From: Felis catus
Taxonomy: Eukaryota
Length of the DNA stretch: 64,000 nucleotides
Reading direction: 5' to 3'
NCBI RefSeq assembly: GCF_018350175.1
Contig: NC_058369.1
Coordinates: 26,290,001 to 26,354,000 of the forward strand
Within the stretch, counting starts at the first letter, position 1; each line of letters opens with the position of its first letter. This document shows positions 1-10,263 of this stretch, piece after piece. Position numbers and translations under genes: made by a program. The notes beneath the pieces were generated by a model. It did no database searches. It was given only the letters and a program-made list of their open reading frames with translations, and was not told the DNA's origin.

Positions 1-127
1 GTCCAAAGCAGGCTCCAGGCTCTGAGCTGTCAGCACAGAGCCTGACATGGAACTCAAACTTGTGAACTCTGAGATCATGACCTGAGCTAAGTCAGATGCT
101 TAACTGACTGAGCCACTGAGGCACCCC
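1..127 (-). mobile_element. Can-SINE (SINEC), cut by the window edge
   Basis: Reverse complement of the GGGGCGCCTGGGTGGCTCAG...TCATGATCTC consensus. Confidence 0.85.
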
Positions 128-163
128 ACTATACTAGGAGTTCTTTTAAAAATCAAATGAGTC

Positions 164-262
164 AGGTACTTGGCTGGCTCAGTTGGTAAAGTATGTGACT
201 CTTGATCTTGGGATTGTGAGTTCAAGCCCCACATTGGGTGTAGAGCTTAATTAAAAAAATAA
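164..262 (+). mobile_element. Short tRNA-derived Can-SINE (no CT tract); similar copies at about 960-1045, 3842-3940, 4336-4445, 28802-28925, 34083-34175, 35790-35905 (+) and 3565-3650, 9440-9537 (-)
   Basis: TGGCTGGCTCAG A box, GTTCAAGCCC B box, TTGGGTGTAGAG..A-rich tail. Confidence 0.8.
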
Positions 263-363
263 AGATGGGTCAGATTGTCATTAAAAAAGTAAAAACTAGC
301 TTGTACCTTGCTAACTTCTAGCTCTCTTGACTTGATTTCTAGATGTGGTCAGTGTTGGAAAAG

Positions 364-440
364 ATGCCAGCTCCAGCCACTACATATGAAAGAATAGTTT
401 ACAAAAATCCCTCTGAGCACCACTATATGAAAGTGTGTCT
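364..440 (+). CDS. RPP14: RPP14 first coding exon (MPAPATTYERIVYKNPSEHHYMKVC)
   Basis: ATG at 364 in AAGATGC context; translation matches the RPP14 N-terminus; GTAAGT donor at 441; 77 nt, phase 2. Confidence 0.95.
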
Positions 441-532
441 GTAAGTTCAGTTTCCTAAGTTCTACTTTTGATTACTTTTTTATGAGTCTGAATAGTATGA
501 AATACATTTTTTCCTTTTTAATGTTATTACAG

Positions 533-617
533 AGAATTTCAAGACCATGGGGTTGGACTGAATGTTGCACAGTTCAAACAGCTGCTTATTTCAGCCTTGA
601 AGGACCTGTTTGGGGAG
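533..617 (+). CDS. RPP14: RPP14 coding exon 2 (EFQDHGVGLNVAQFKQLLISALKDLFGE)
   Basis: TACAG acceptor ending 532 after a 92-nt intron; GTATGA donor at 618; frame continues from the previous exon. Confidence 0.95.
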
Positions 618-1414
618 GTATGAATCACTTAGTAGATTGAACACTCCTTAGATCTTTGTAAGAAATACTAAAATGGTGCTTTTCCAAATACTTTTTTAGA
701 ACTGTAAAACCATATTTGAAATTGCAGAAGTGGACTCTCAGAAATATACTTTGGGTAGGTTTGTTCTAATATGCCTTCTGTTTGATGAGCAACTTGTTAG
801 ACAAATGTTTGTTTTAGGCCAATACTATTCACGGTATGGTCCAGATCTGCAACCTGCAGATAGTTTTTTTGCCCATTGTGAAGACTTGTGGCTCGTAGCA
901 GAATCAACACACCACTTCGTTTACTGAGAAAGTCTCCTTATGTGAAAAATTGAGCGGAAACCATCAGAGGAGCATGTGATTCTTAATCGTGGGGTTGTGA
1001 ATTCGAGCTCCACATTGGTGTAGAGATTACTAAAAAAAAATAAAAGAACAGCTGAACTAAACAATGTGCTTAGCAATCTTGTTCATTTACATTGTGATAC
1101 AGCCTCTTATTTTATCACAGACCGGCACATTGAGTAGTCCTCTTTTAGCATTCTCTTGAAAATAGTAGAATTTTGAGAGAGAACAAAGGCAGATGACTCA
1201 GAAAATTGCTTTCTGATTCATATGTTTTATCAAATCCATCTGGTAAGCATCTCATTAAAATTAAAAACATATACTCCACAAAAGACTCAGTTAAGAGGAT
1301 GAAAGGACATATTACAGACTGGGGGAACTATTTGAAACCTGCATATCTAGAATATGAAAAGAACTCTCAAAACTCAATAGTGAGAAACCAAACATTGCAA
1401 TTAGAAAATGAGCA

Positions 1415-1616
1415 GGGGCGCCTGGGTGGCTCAGTTGGCTGAGGGTCCGACTTGATTTTGGCTCAGATTGTGATCTCATGGTTTGTGGGTTCAAGCTCCA
1501 TGTCGGGTTCCATGCTGACAGTGTGGTGCCTGCTTGGGATTCTCTCTCCCTCTCTCTCTGCCCCTCCCCCAGTCAGGCACATGCTCGCTTGCTCTCTAAA
1601 TAAATAAATAACAAAA
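1415..1616 (+). mobile_element. Can-SINE with 12-bp TSD AGAAAATGAGCA (1403-1414 / 1617-1628)
   Basis: Consensus head, CT tract, AAAT tail, TSD. Confidence 0.9.
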
Positions 1617-1737
1617 AGAAAATGAGCAAAAGATATGAATAGACATTTCACTAAAAAAGATGTACCATTGGCAAAGAAGCACATGAATGAAAAGTTCAGC
1701 ATTGTTAGCCATTAGGGAAATGCAAATGAAAAACACA

Positions 1738-2162
1738 GGGGCACCTGGGTGGCTCAGTCGATTGAGCATCTGACTCTTGATTTTGTCTCAGGTCATGGTG
1801 CCAGGGTCGTGGGATCTAGCCTCTGTCAGGCCCTGCACTGAGTATAGAGCCTACTTAGGATTCTCTTTCTTTTTCCCTCTGCCCCTCTCCCCTGCTTGCT
1901 CTCTCTCTCTCTCAAAAAAATATTTAAAAAAATACACGATGAGTGGGGTGCCTGGGTGGCTCAGTCGGTTGAGCACCCGACTTCGGCTCGGGTCATGATC
2001 TCACAGTCTGTGAGTTTGAGCCCCGCGTCAGGCTCTGTGCTGACAGCTCAGAGCCTGGAGCCTGCTTTGGATTCTGTGTCTCCCTCTCTCTCTGCCTCTC
2101 CCCCACTCATGCTCTGTCTCTCTCTCTCTGTCAAAAATAAATAAACATTAAAAAATTTTTTT
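1738..2162 (+). mobile_element. Two tandem Can-SINEs (about 1738-1925 and 1945-2162); second flanked by TSD AAAAAATACACGATGAG
   Basis: Two consensus heads, CT tracts and tails; TSD about 1927-1943 / 2163-2179. Confidence 0.88.
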
Positions 2163-2764
2163 AAAAAATACACGATGAGATATCACTACACACCTGGCAG
2201 AACAACTGACATTTTATAGATAGCGATAACATTAAAGGCTGGCAAGGATGCAGAGAAACTGGATCACTCATGCATTGCTAGCGGGAATGTAAAACGGCAC
2301 GGCCACTTTGGAACACCATTTGTAAAAGAAAAAATTAAACCTGCAGCTACTACCCAGCAGTTACACACCTGCGCATTTGTCCCAGAGAAGTAAAAACTTA
2401 CTAGTGTTTGCACAGAACTCGTATGTGAGTGCTTATAGCAGCTTTATTTGTAAGAGCCCAAAAGCAGAAGTTAGCCAGATGTCCTTCAGTGGGTGAGTAG
2501 TTAAATGTTCATACCATGGAATATACTCGATAATAAAAAGGAACACACTATAGATATATGCAGTAGTGTAACTGAATCTCCAGAGAATTATGTTAAGTGA
2601 AAAGCTAGTTCCAAAAAGTAACAGTCAGGTGATCCCATGTATGTAATGCTCCTGAAATAACAGTTATATAATCTGGAGAAAGATTAGTGGTTAGGGGTTG
2701 GGGGGAGGAGTGGCTGTGACTAAAAAGAGGTAGAAGGAGCAAGCCCTGTGGTGATGGTATAATT

Positions 2765-3054
2765 CTTTTTTTTTTTTTTTTTTTTAAATGGTGTTAGTGG
2801 GCCAGCCTGGGCACCCAGTTGTATTTTTATTTTATTTATTTATTTATTTTTAACGTTTATTTATTTTTGAGACAGAGAGAGACAGAGCATAAACGGGGGA
2901 GGGGCAGAGAGAGAGGTAGACACAGAATCTGAAACAGGCTCCAGGCTCTGAGCCATCAGCCCAGAGCCCGACGGGGGGCTTGAACTCACAGACTGCGAGA
3001 TCGTGACCTGAGCTGAAGTCGGAGGCTTAACCGACTGAGCCACCCAGGCGCCCC
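2765..3054 (-). mobile_element. Young SINEC_Fc-type element with an extra 3' segment, TSD GATGGTATAATT
   Basis: Near-consensus, CpG-retaining body; TSD 2753-2764 / 3055-3066. Confidence 0.9.
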
Positions 3055-3988
3055 GATGGTATAATTATCTTGATTGTGCTGGTGGTTGCATGAAACTACT
3101 TATGTGGTAAAATTGCGTAGAAGTACACACATAAACACACACACATGCAAATACACAAACATGAGTGCGTATGTCACTGGTAAAATCTGAATAAACTGGT
3201 CGATATTAGATTTTTGGTTTTGATATTGTACTACTGGGGGAGGCTTTGAAGGGTGCGTAGAACCTTCCTGTAAATTTCTTTGCAACCTCCTGTGACTGTA
3301 ATTTTTCAAAATAAAAAGTTCAAGGAAAAACTATTCCTTCTATATGGCAGGTATAAAACCTGGTTCCTGAGGATGTAGCCATGAACAGACAGGGCATCTG
3401 CCTCATTGATGAATAGTCTTGATTATTTTAGTAGAAAACTCTGTTGAACAGTTACTGGCAAGAATAATGAATATTATGCGAGGAAGTATGTGGTTCCTGT
3501 ATGTGAACGAGCATACCAAGCAATTGAGCTTAAGCTTGAGGATCAGGGATGAGACCTTTTATTAAGTAGGCTTCATGCCCAACGTGGGGCTTGAACTCAT
3601 GGCCCTGAAATTGAAAGTCTCATGCTCTACGAACTGACCCAGCTCCCAGGGATAGGACAGTTTAAACAAAGACTTGAAAGGTGAAGAGTCACTAGCAGTA
3701 TGAAGAGGTACAAGAAGAACATTCCAGACAGGGAATTGTAAATAAGCAGGACCAGTACTACACCACTACTAAATACTGTTTTTTTGGAGGAGGAAAGCAG
3801 TTGACAGGATTAGTTATTAGACTTTAAGAATGGTGATGACAGGGGCACCTGGCTGGCTCAGTTGGAGGAGCATGTGATGCCTGATCTCAGGGTTATGAGT
3901 TCAAACCCCACACTGGGCATAGAGATTACTTAAAAGAATAAAGATTAGTGATGACAGTAGTCTCCTAATAGTATTATTCCATACCTAG

Positions 3989-4065
3989 GTTGATGCAGCC
4001 TTACCCTTGGACATCCTGACCTACGAAGAGAAGACCTTGTCAGCCATCTTGAGGATATGTAGCAG
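3989..4065 (+). CDS. RPP14: RPP14 coding exon 3 (VDAALPLDILTYEEKTLSAILRICS)
   Basis: CCTAG acceptor, GTACAA donor; overlaps ORF 4007..4198; 77 nt. Confidence 0.95.
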
Positions 4066-4619
4066 GTACAACAGATGGTGGCATATTTGTGGTATAACAG
4101 AGCAGAGAGCTGAGTGGAGAAATAGAGCAAAAATGCTCTCCTCTCAGTATGAGAAGAGTTTTGTCATTGTGAACCCTGAGCAGCTTTTAGAAGTTTAAAC
4201 TGGGAAGGATACGAACATTCATCCACCGAGCTTACACTATACAGAGGAAAACTCATGATTTGCTTACAACTGTAGTGTTTCCCAATTGATGGTCATGGTT
4301 GCAAACTCAGAGATGTGTATTTTAGAAACATTCCTGGGGCTCCTGGCTGGCTCAGTCTGAGGAGCATGTGACTCTTGATCTAGGGGTCATAAGTTCGAGC
4401 CCCACATTGGGTGTAAAGATTACTTAAATAAAATTTTTTAAAAAAATTCCTAATTGAGGTTCATTGTATTCTCTGCCTATAACATATTGTGCTTTTACTT
4501 TTGAAGTTTTCTCATTTAAATGAGGTTTTCTGGACCTAATTTAACTGCCTGGACCGTCATGAAGGTACTAGGGAGATGTCACCGCAACAAATCTTTATGT
4601 ATTCTTGATCTTTCCACAG

Positions 4620-4698
4620 TGGTCTTGTAAAATTGTGGAGCTCTTTGACTCTGTTGGGATCCTATAAAGGCAAGAAATGTGCTTTCAGAGTGATTCAG
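4620..4698 (+). CDS. RPP14: RPP14 coding exon 4 (GLVKLWSSLTLLGSYKGKKCAFRVIQ)
   Basis: TTTCCACAG acceptor, GTAAAG donor; 79 nt; frame consistent. Confidence 0.95.
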
Positions 4699-5154
4699 GT
4701 AAAGCCCATTCCTTCACATATTCCAAACCAGGTTGAGTAGGGATGAAACTGCTTTTTAATACATGTTCCATTTTTGTGCCTGCATAAATCTAGTATGGCT
4801 GACACTATTCAGCTGGGAGTGGTGGGGAGGGATAAGGACTTTGTTGCTTCTGGAAGTGTGAGACAGAGCACTTAGATTCTGGATTTTATGGGAGATGTTT
4901 GGGGATGAAACTTAGAGCTCTTGTGGAAAAGTCTTAACTTTTCATTTATTGCTTAATGCCTAGTGCCCTAAATAGTGGAACACGGTCTCTGAACTTACTA
5001 TCACTTATTTATCTAAGGCCACCTCTAAGGATGCTCTTTAGAATGCTGCTGCACCAGCTTTGCTTACCCCATGAAATTAGGCATGTTTCCACATGCCCCG
5101 TGTTTCAGTGCAGTCTTTTCCCAATATTTCCTTAACTTTTTCTTTCTCTTACAG

Positions 5155-5211
5155 GTTTCTCCATTTCTTCTTGCCTTATCTGGTAACAGTAGGGAACTAG
5201 TGTTGGATTGA
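5155..5211 (+). CDS. RPP14: RPP14 last coding segment (VSPFLLALSGNSRELVLD*)
   Basis: Long polypyrimidine tract and ACAG acceptor; TGA at 5209-5211; spliced CDS 77+85+77+79+57=375 nt = 124 aa + stop. Confidence 0.95.
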   Translation, partial: VSPFLLALSGNSRELVLD

Positions 5212-5331
5212 ATAGTCTTCAATGTCAGAAACATTCCTCCGTTTTCAAAAGGTACTTTTTGATGCCAGAATCACATCTGAAGATTGAAGCAGTCTAAAAG
5301 CTCCGATTGCTGGACTTTGACAGTGCTGAAG

Positions 5332-5835
5332 ATGTTCCCAGTAACTTGCAGCTATCGTTGGTGGGGTGGGCTTCAGAGGAGAATCTGCCTGAGCCGGCAA
5401 GTGCCGAGCAAGTGGCACATTGAGCAGATGCATGTCCAAGTTGGAGACCATGCTGAACTCAGCAGGGCCTTCACACAGAGGGACGTGGCCGCCTTCTCAG
5501 AATTAACGGGGGATGTCAATCCTTTGCATTTAAATGAAGAGTTTGCAAAACACACCAAGTTTGGAAAGACAATTGTACATGGAGTTTTGATCAATGGGCT
5601 TATTTCGGCTCTCCTGGGAACTAAAATGCCAGGGCCAGGCTGTGTTTTACTTTCACAGGAAATTAGCTTTCCAGCCCCTTTATATGTTGGAGAAGTTGTT
5701 TTAGCTTCCGCAGAAGTACAAAAGCTAAAGCGGTTCATTGCTGTTATTGCAGTGTCGTGTTTTGTAATAGAAAGTAAAAAGACTGTTATGGAAGGCTTGG
5801 TTAAAGTTATGGTCCCAGAAACTCCCAAATCCTGA
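5332..5835 (+). CDS. HTD2: Hydroxyacyl-thioester dehydratase type 2, mitochondrial (MaoC-like hotdog fold), intronless second cistron
   Basis: First ATG of ORF 5284..5835 is at 5332 (AAGATGT); 167 aa; hydratase motif [14 protein letters not shown] and IVHGVL; Arg-rich, acid-poor N-terminus compatible with a mitochondrial presequence; lies directly after the RPP14 stop. Confidence 0.93.
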   Translation: MFPVTCSYRWWGGLQRRICLSRQVPSKWHIEQMHVQVGDHAELSRAFTQRDVAAFSELTGDVNPLHLNEEFAKHTKFGKTIVHGVLINGLISALLGTKMPGPGCVLLSQEISFPAPLYVGEVVLASAEVQKLKRFIAVIAVSCFVIESKKTVMEGLVKVMVPETPKS

Positions 5836-7389
5836 AACGTGTGTAAAGATGCACGTTCAGGTGCTGGTGGTACTATTCGTGAGGAGCCTCTGAGGAAAAT
5901 AGGTTTTGCTGCTCTTCACTGAAGGATGGCTTATAGACCCAGAAGCCTGAGTTGGGGAAGGGGAGCAGGGAGAGGGGTGTGCAAAAGTCCTCTATCCAAT
6001 CCAGTTTTATGCTTCACGCAGACTTGAGTATATTCATCATCTGTCTAGGTTTTTAAAATTGAAAAATTATTGGGAAGGTTATTTAGCTGAAGGTTCTACT
6101 TTTAGGATTTCACATCTAGTTAGATACACATTTGGATAACACAAACCTGCCTGTGTCTGTGGAGAGTAAATTCCTCACTGAATTTATAACTACCATTTAA
6201 TTATTGAGGACAACAGAAGTCAGGTTGTCTTTGAACACCTACCTTCTACCAGTCAGCATTCTTAGATCCTGTTGAGTAGTTTCCAGGTCAGAGTTTATTG
6301 TAATTTGTTCCCGTTTATACCACGATGGCACCTTGTTCCATCATCAGTGGCATTTGTCTTCCAGATGCTTTTCCTGTTATTGGAGAACGGCTTATGCACA
6401 CACTTGGACTCATTTATGTAAACTCTGTCAATCTCATGCATAAAACAAGGATAAGGACACCTACCACACAGGATTGTTGGAGTTGATAGATGCAAATCTC
6501 TAAGTACCAGGTCTAGCCTGTAAAGTAGCCACTACTGTCATCCATTTTCCCCTGTCAGTGAGGTTAGAGATTGTCCTCAGTTTAAAGCAAACTGGCCCAC
6601 AACTAAACAGATGACAAGCTAATTTTTCAGGATGTCAATCAGTCTAAACCTGGACTAGTTTGCATGCAAAATTTGTTTTGATAATCCAGATTATTTTCTC
6701 CCTCCCTTGAAAATACTGTGGATTCTCCCCTTTATAAATAATACATACTTATTGTAAACATATTGTAAGAAATAAAATGTATAAGGAACACTGGAGGCCA
6801 AATTCTTAAAAGAGTTGAGGGGTAGTGAAAATTAAACAGTATCAAAAAAAAAAATTGAGGGGTGCTGAAGAGGAAATGCGCTTAATGTGTTAGTACTGAG
6901 TGATCATCCCCAATGCAGCCAACATAACATAATCTGTAGTACAGCATCCACTTCTGCTCTGTAGCTTTATAGAGCGGTTCTACAGCTAGATGCTTTGATC
7001 AGGAAGATGAGATCAAGTGTAATTGGAGGGATCAACTCACTTTTCCTGGCAAAAGGTTTTTCTCCTGGTGGATCAGTAACTAGATTTTGTTTTTACATCA
7101 AAGGTAGAAGTTAAGCAGATTACTAGAAAAAGTCATTCTGGGCACTAGAGGGCAGTGATGTGTATAAATAATATTTTTAAACTGTTAGGTGTTGTATCGT
7201 ACACTAGTTGGTGATGGGTGAGATGAAAATACTAAAATCAATGTGAGAAACAAGGATGCCATTCCCATGGGCTTCAGAATAGACAGCATGTGCGGGCTCA
7301 GGTGCACCTGAAGAAGACTCATTTGTAAGGTGAAACACTACACAAGCTGAGGTTTTGATACAGCATTGGAAAACAAAATGGAAATTCTG

Positions 7390-8974
7390 AAAGCTAGAAC
7401 AATCCTAAAATTTGTATGGAACCACAAAAGACCCGGAATGTTGAAAGCCAAAATAATGTTGAAAAAGAAAACCAAAGTGGGAGGCATCATGATTTCAGAC
7501 TTTAGCTTCTACTACAAAGCTGTAATCATCAAGACAGTATGGTATTGGCACAAAAACACACACACAGACCAATGGAATAGAATAGAGAACCCAAAATTGG
7601 ACCCACAAATATATGGCCAGCTAGTCTTTGGCAAAGCAAGAAAGAATATCCAAGAGAAAAAAGACTGTCTCTTTAGCAAATGGTGCTGGGAGAACTGGAC
7701 AGCAACATGCAGAATAATGAAACTAGACCACTTTCTTAACACCATACACAAAAATAAACTCAAAATGGATGAAAGACCTAAATGTGAGACAGGAAACCAT
7801 CAAAATCCTAGAGGAGAAACAGGCAAACTCTTTGACTCTAGCTACAGTAATTTCTTGCGTGACATATCCAAAAGCAAGGGAATTAAAAGCAAAAACAAAC
7901 TATTGGGCCCTCATCAAGATAAAAAGCTTCTGCACTGCGAAGGAAACAATCAACTAAAAGGCAACCAACAGAATGGGAAAAGACATTTGCAAATGGCATA
8001 TTGGATAAAGGGTTAGTATCCAAAATATATAAAGAACTTCCCAAACTCAACACCCAAAAAACAAATAATCCAGTGAAGAAATGGGCAGAAGACATGAATA
8101 GATGCTTTTGTAAAGACGACATCCAGATGGCCAACAGACACGTGAAAAGATGCTCAACATCACTCATCACAGGGAAATACAAATCAAAACTACATGGAGA
8201 TACCACCTCACACCAGTCACAGTGGCTAAAATGAACAACTCAGGAAACAACAGATGCTGCTGAGGATGTGGAGAAACGGGAACCCTCCTGCACTGTTGGT
8301 GGGAATGCAGACTGGTACAGCCCTCTGGAAAACAGTGTGAAGGTTCCTCAAAAAATTAAAAATAGAACTGCCCTACGACTCAACAATAACACTACTAGGA
8401 ATTTATCCAGAGAGTATAGGAGTGCTGATTCATAGGAGCACATGTACCCCAATGTTTATAGCAGTGCTTTCAACAATAGCCAAATTATGGAAAGAGCCTA
8501 AATGTCCATCAACAGGTGAATGGTTAAAGAAGATGTGGTTTATATATACAATGGAATACTATTTGGCAATGAGAAAGAATAAAATCCTGCCATTTGCAGC
8601 AATGTGGATGGAACTGGAGGGTATTATGCTAAGTGTAATAAGAGAAAGACATATCAAATGTTTTCACTCATATGTGGAACTTGAGAAACTTAACAGAAGA
8701 CCATGGAGGAAGGGAAGGGGGGAAAATAGTTACAGAGAAGGTGGAAGGCAAACCACAAGAGACTTAAATACAGAGAACAGAGTTGATGGGGGAGGGCGGG
8801 GGAGAGGGGAAAATGGGTGATGGGCATTGAGGAGAGCACTTGTTGGAATGAGCACCCGGTGTTGTATGTAAGGGATGAATCACGGGAATCTACCCCCAAA
8901 ACCAAGAGCACAGTGTATATACTGTATGTTAGCCAACTTTACAATATATTAAAAACAACATTATCAATACAAAA

Positions 8975-8977
<3 letters not shown>
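7390..8977 (+). mobile_element. 5'-truncated carnivore-type LINE-1 (ORF2 C-terminus and 3'UTR), frameshifted
   Basis: ORFs 7366..8016, 7769..7957, 8001..8234 and 8422..8820 give L1 ORF2 peptides (ILKFVWNHKRP, KTVWYWHKN..DQWNRIE, KKMWFIYTMEYY); G-rich 3'UTR and A-rich tail. Confidence 0.95.

Positions 8978-9029
<52 letters not shown>
8978..9029. repeat. (TA)n microsatellite at the L1 tail
   Basis: About 26 perfect TA units. Confidence 0.95.
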
Positions 9030-9034
<5 letters not shown>

Positions 9035-9244
9035 TGAACAAAATACAGACTCAAAGCCAAGACTGATTCTTCCTGTAGAACTCACTCTCTGGGACTAGCA
9101 GCAGTCTTGAAGTATAGGTCCAGAAATGGAGTGTGATGTGATCATTAATACTAGTAACTACCATTTTTTCACTATTTTCTTTTTTTACCTTTTTACTGTT
9201 TTTCACCAATTTTCTTTTTTCTTTTTTTTAATTTAAGATTTTAT

Positions 9245-9430
9245 TTTCTTTTTTTAAGTTTACTTATTTTGAGAGAGACAACACAAGTGGGGGAGGGACA
9301 GAGAAAGACAGGGAGAGAGAGAATCCCAAGCAGGCTTCATGCTATCAGCCGACGCAGAGCTCGAACTCAGGAAACCGCGAAATCATGACCTGAGCCCAAA
9401 CCGAGTTGAACTGAGCCACCAAGGTGCCCC
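9245..9430 (-). mobile_element. Can-SINE adjacent to a short SINE (9440-9537)
   Basis: Reverse consensus; AGATTTTATTT repeated on both sides. Confidence 0.8.
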
Positions 9431-10102
9431 TTAGATTTTATTTTTAAGTGATCTCTACACCCAATGTGGGGCTCAGATTTATAATCCTGAGAATAAAGAG
9501 TTGCATGCTCTGTCGACTGAGCCAGCCAGGCACCCCAATGAGCCAATTTTCTACATTAACTCTAATCCTTGAAAACTTTGTGAATTAAAGTTAATGTCCC
9601 ATTTTAAAGGCAAGGAAACAGACTGATGCTCTGTGACTTGCCCAAGGCTGTACAGCTAGCATGCAGTGGAGCTGGGATGCAAATAGGAGCCTGCCTGGCT
9701 CCAAAGCATTTCTTTCTTCCATCTCCCTGTGGGTCTTATAATCCCATTACTGGAGCACTGTCAGTTTCTATAATAGTATCTTGTTATGTGGCATAAAGTG
9801 TTTGGAACCACCATTGTATAGAATTCTTTTTATATTCAAAATGTGCTAGATCTCATTCCCTGCTATAGTTGTAGTATTATCCTAAACACTGTTACTTGAT
9901 CGCTTCCACCCATAACCATCACCTACCGTTTTTCTCAGTTGACACTGATTGTCTTTAGAGCAGAATTACTGAAATCATTATTCTAAAGGTGAAAAGTTAA
10001 GTGTAGGCCAAGTATGGTGGGGGAAGGGGAATGTACCAGATCTGACTAGTAACTGATTTATACTGTGTAATTCAAAAGTACCTTCTCAATATGAGCACTT
10101 TG

Positions 10103-10263
10103 CCTTTCTTTTCTTTTTCTTTTTTTCTTTTTCTTTTTCTTTTTCTTTTTCTTTTTCTTTTTCTTTTTCTTTTTCTTTTTCTTTTTCTTTTTCTCCTTCC
10201 TTCCTTCCTTCCTTCCTTCCTTCCTTCCTTCCTTCCTTCCTTCCTTCCTTCCTTCCTTCCTCC
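10103..10263. repeat. Compound (CTTTTT)n(CCTT)n pure pyrimidine tract
   Basis: 161 nt without a purine on the + strand. Confidence 0.95.

Larger units (their letters stand above)
1250..3325 (+). mobile_element. Old L1M-type 3' remnant in an RPP14 intron, interrupted by four Can-SINEs
   Basis: Degraded ORF2-end and 3'UTR motifs (ATGAATAGACATTTCAC, CATTAGGGAAATGCAAAT, GGGAATGTAAAA..CCACTTTGGAA), ending in AAATAAAAAGTT. Confidence 0.75.

Noticed and set aside
164..262. tRNA-like A/B-box sequences (several copies)
   Set aside because: Degenerate, followed by SINE 3' sequence and A tails; tRNA-derived SINEs, not tRNA genes
5209..5331. RPP14-HTD2 fusion by stop readthrough or selenocysteine recoding (same frame)
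   Set aside because: Three in-frame TGAs would have to be bypassed, I saw no SECIS-like evidence, and a fusion would bury the mitochondrial presequence
5284..5331. TTG-initiated 16-aa extension of HTD2 from the ORF track
   Set aside because: Artefact of allowing alternative starts; ATG 5332 has -3 A context and gives the expected protein size
5373..5828. 151-aa minus-strand ORF
   Set aside because: Antisense shadow of HTD2; no independent motif or promoter evidence
7366..8820. Cluster of ORFs up to 216 aa as a possible gene
   Set aside because: Frameshifted fragments of L1 ORF2
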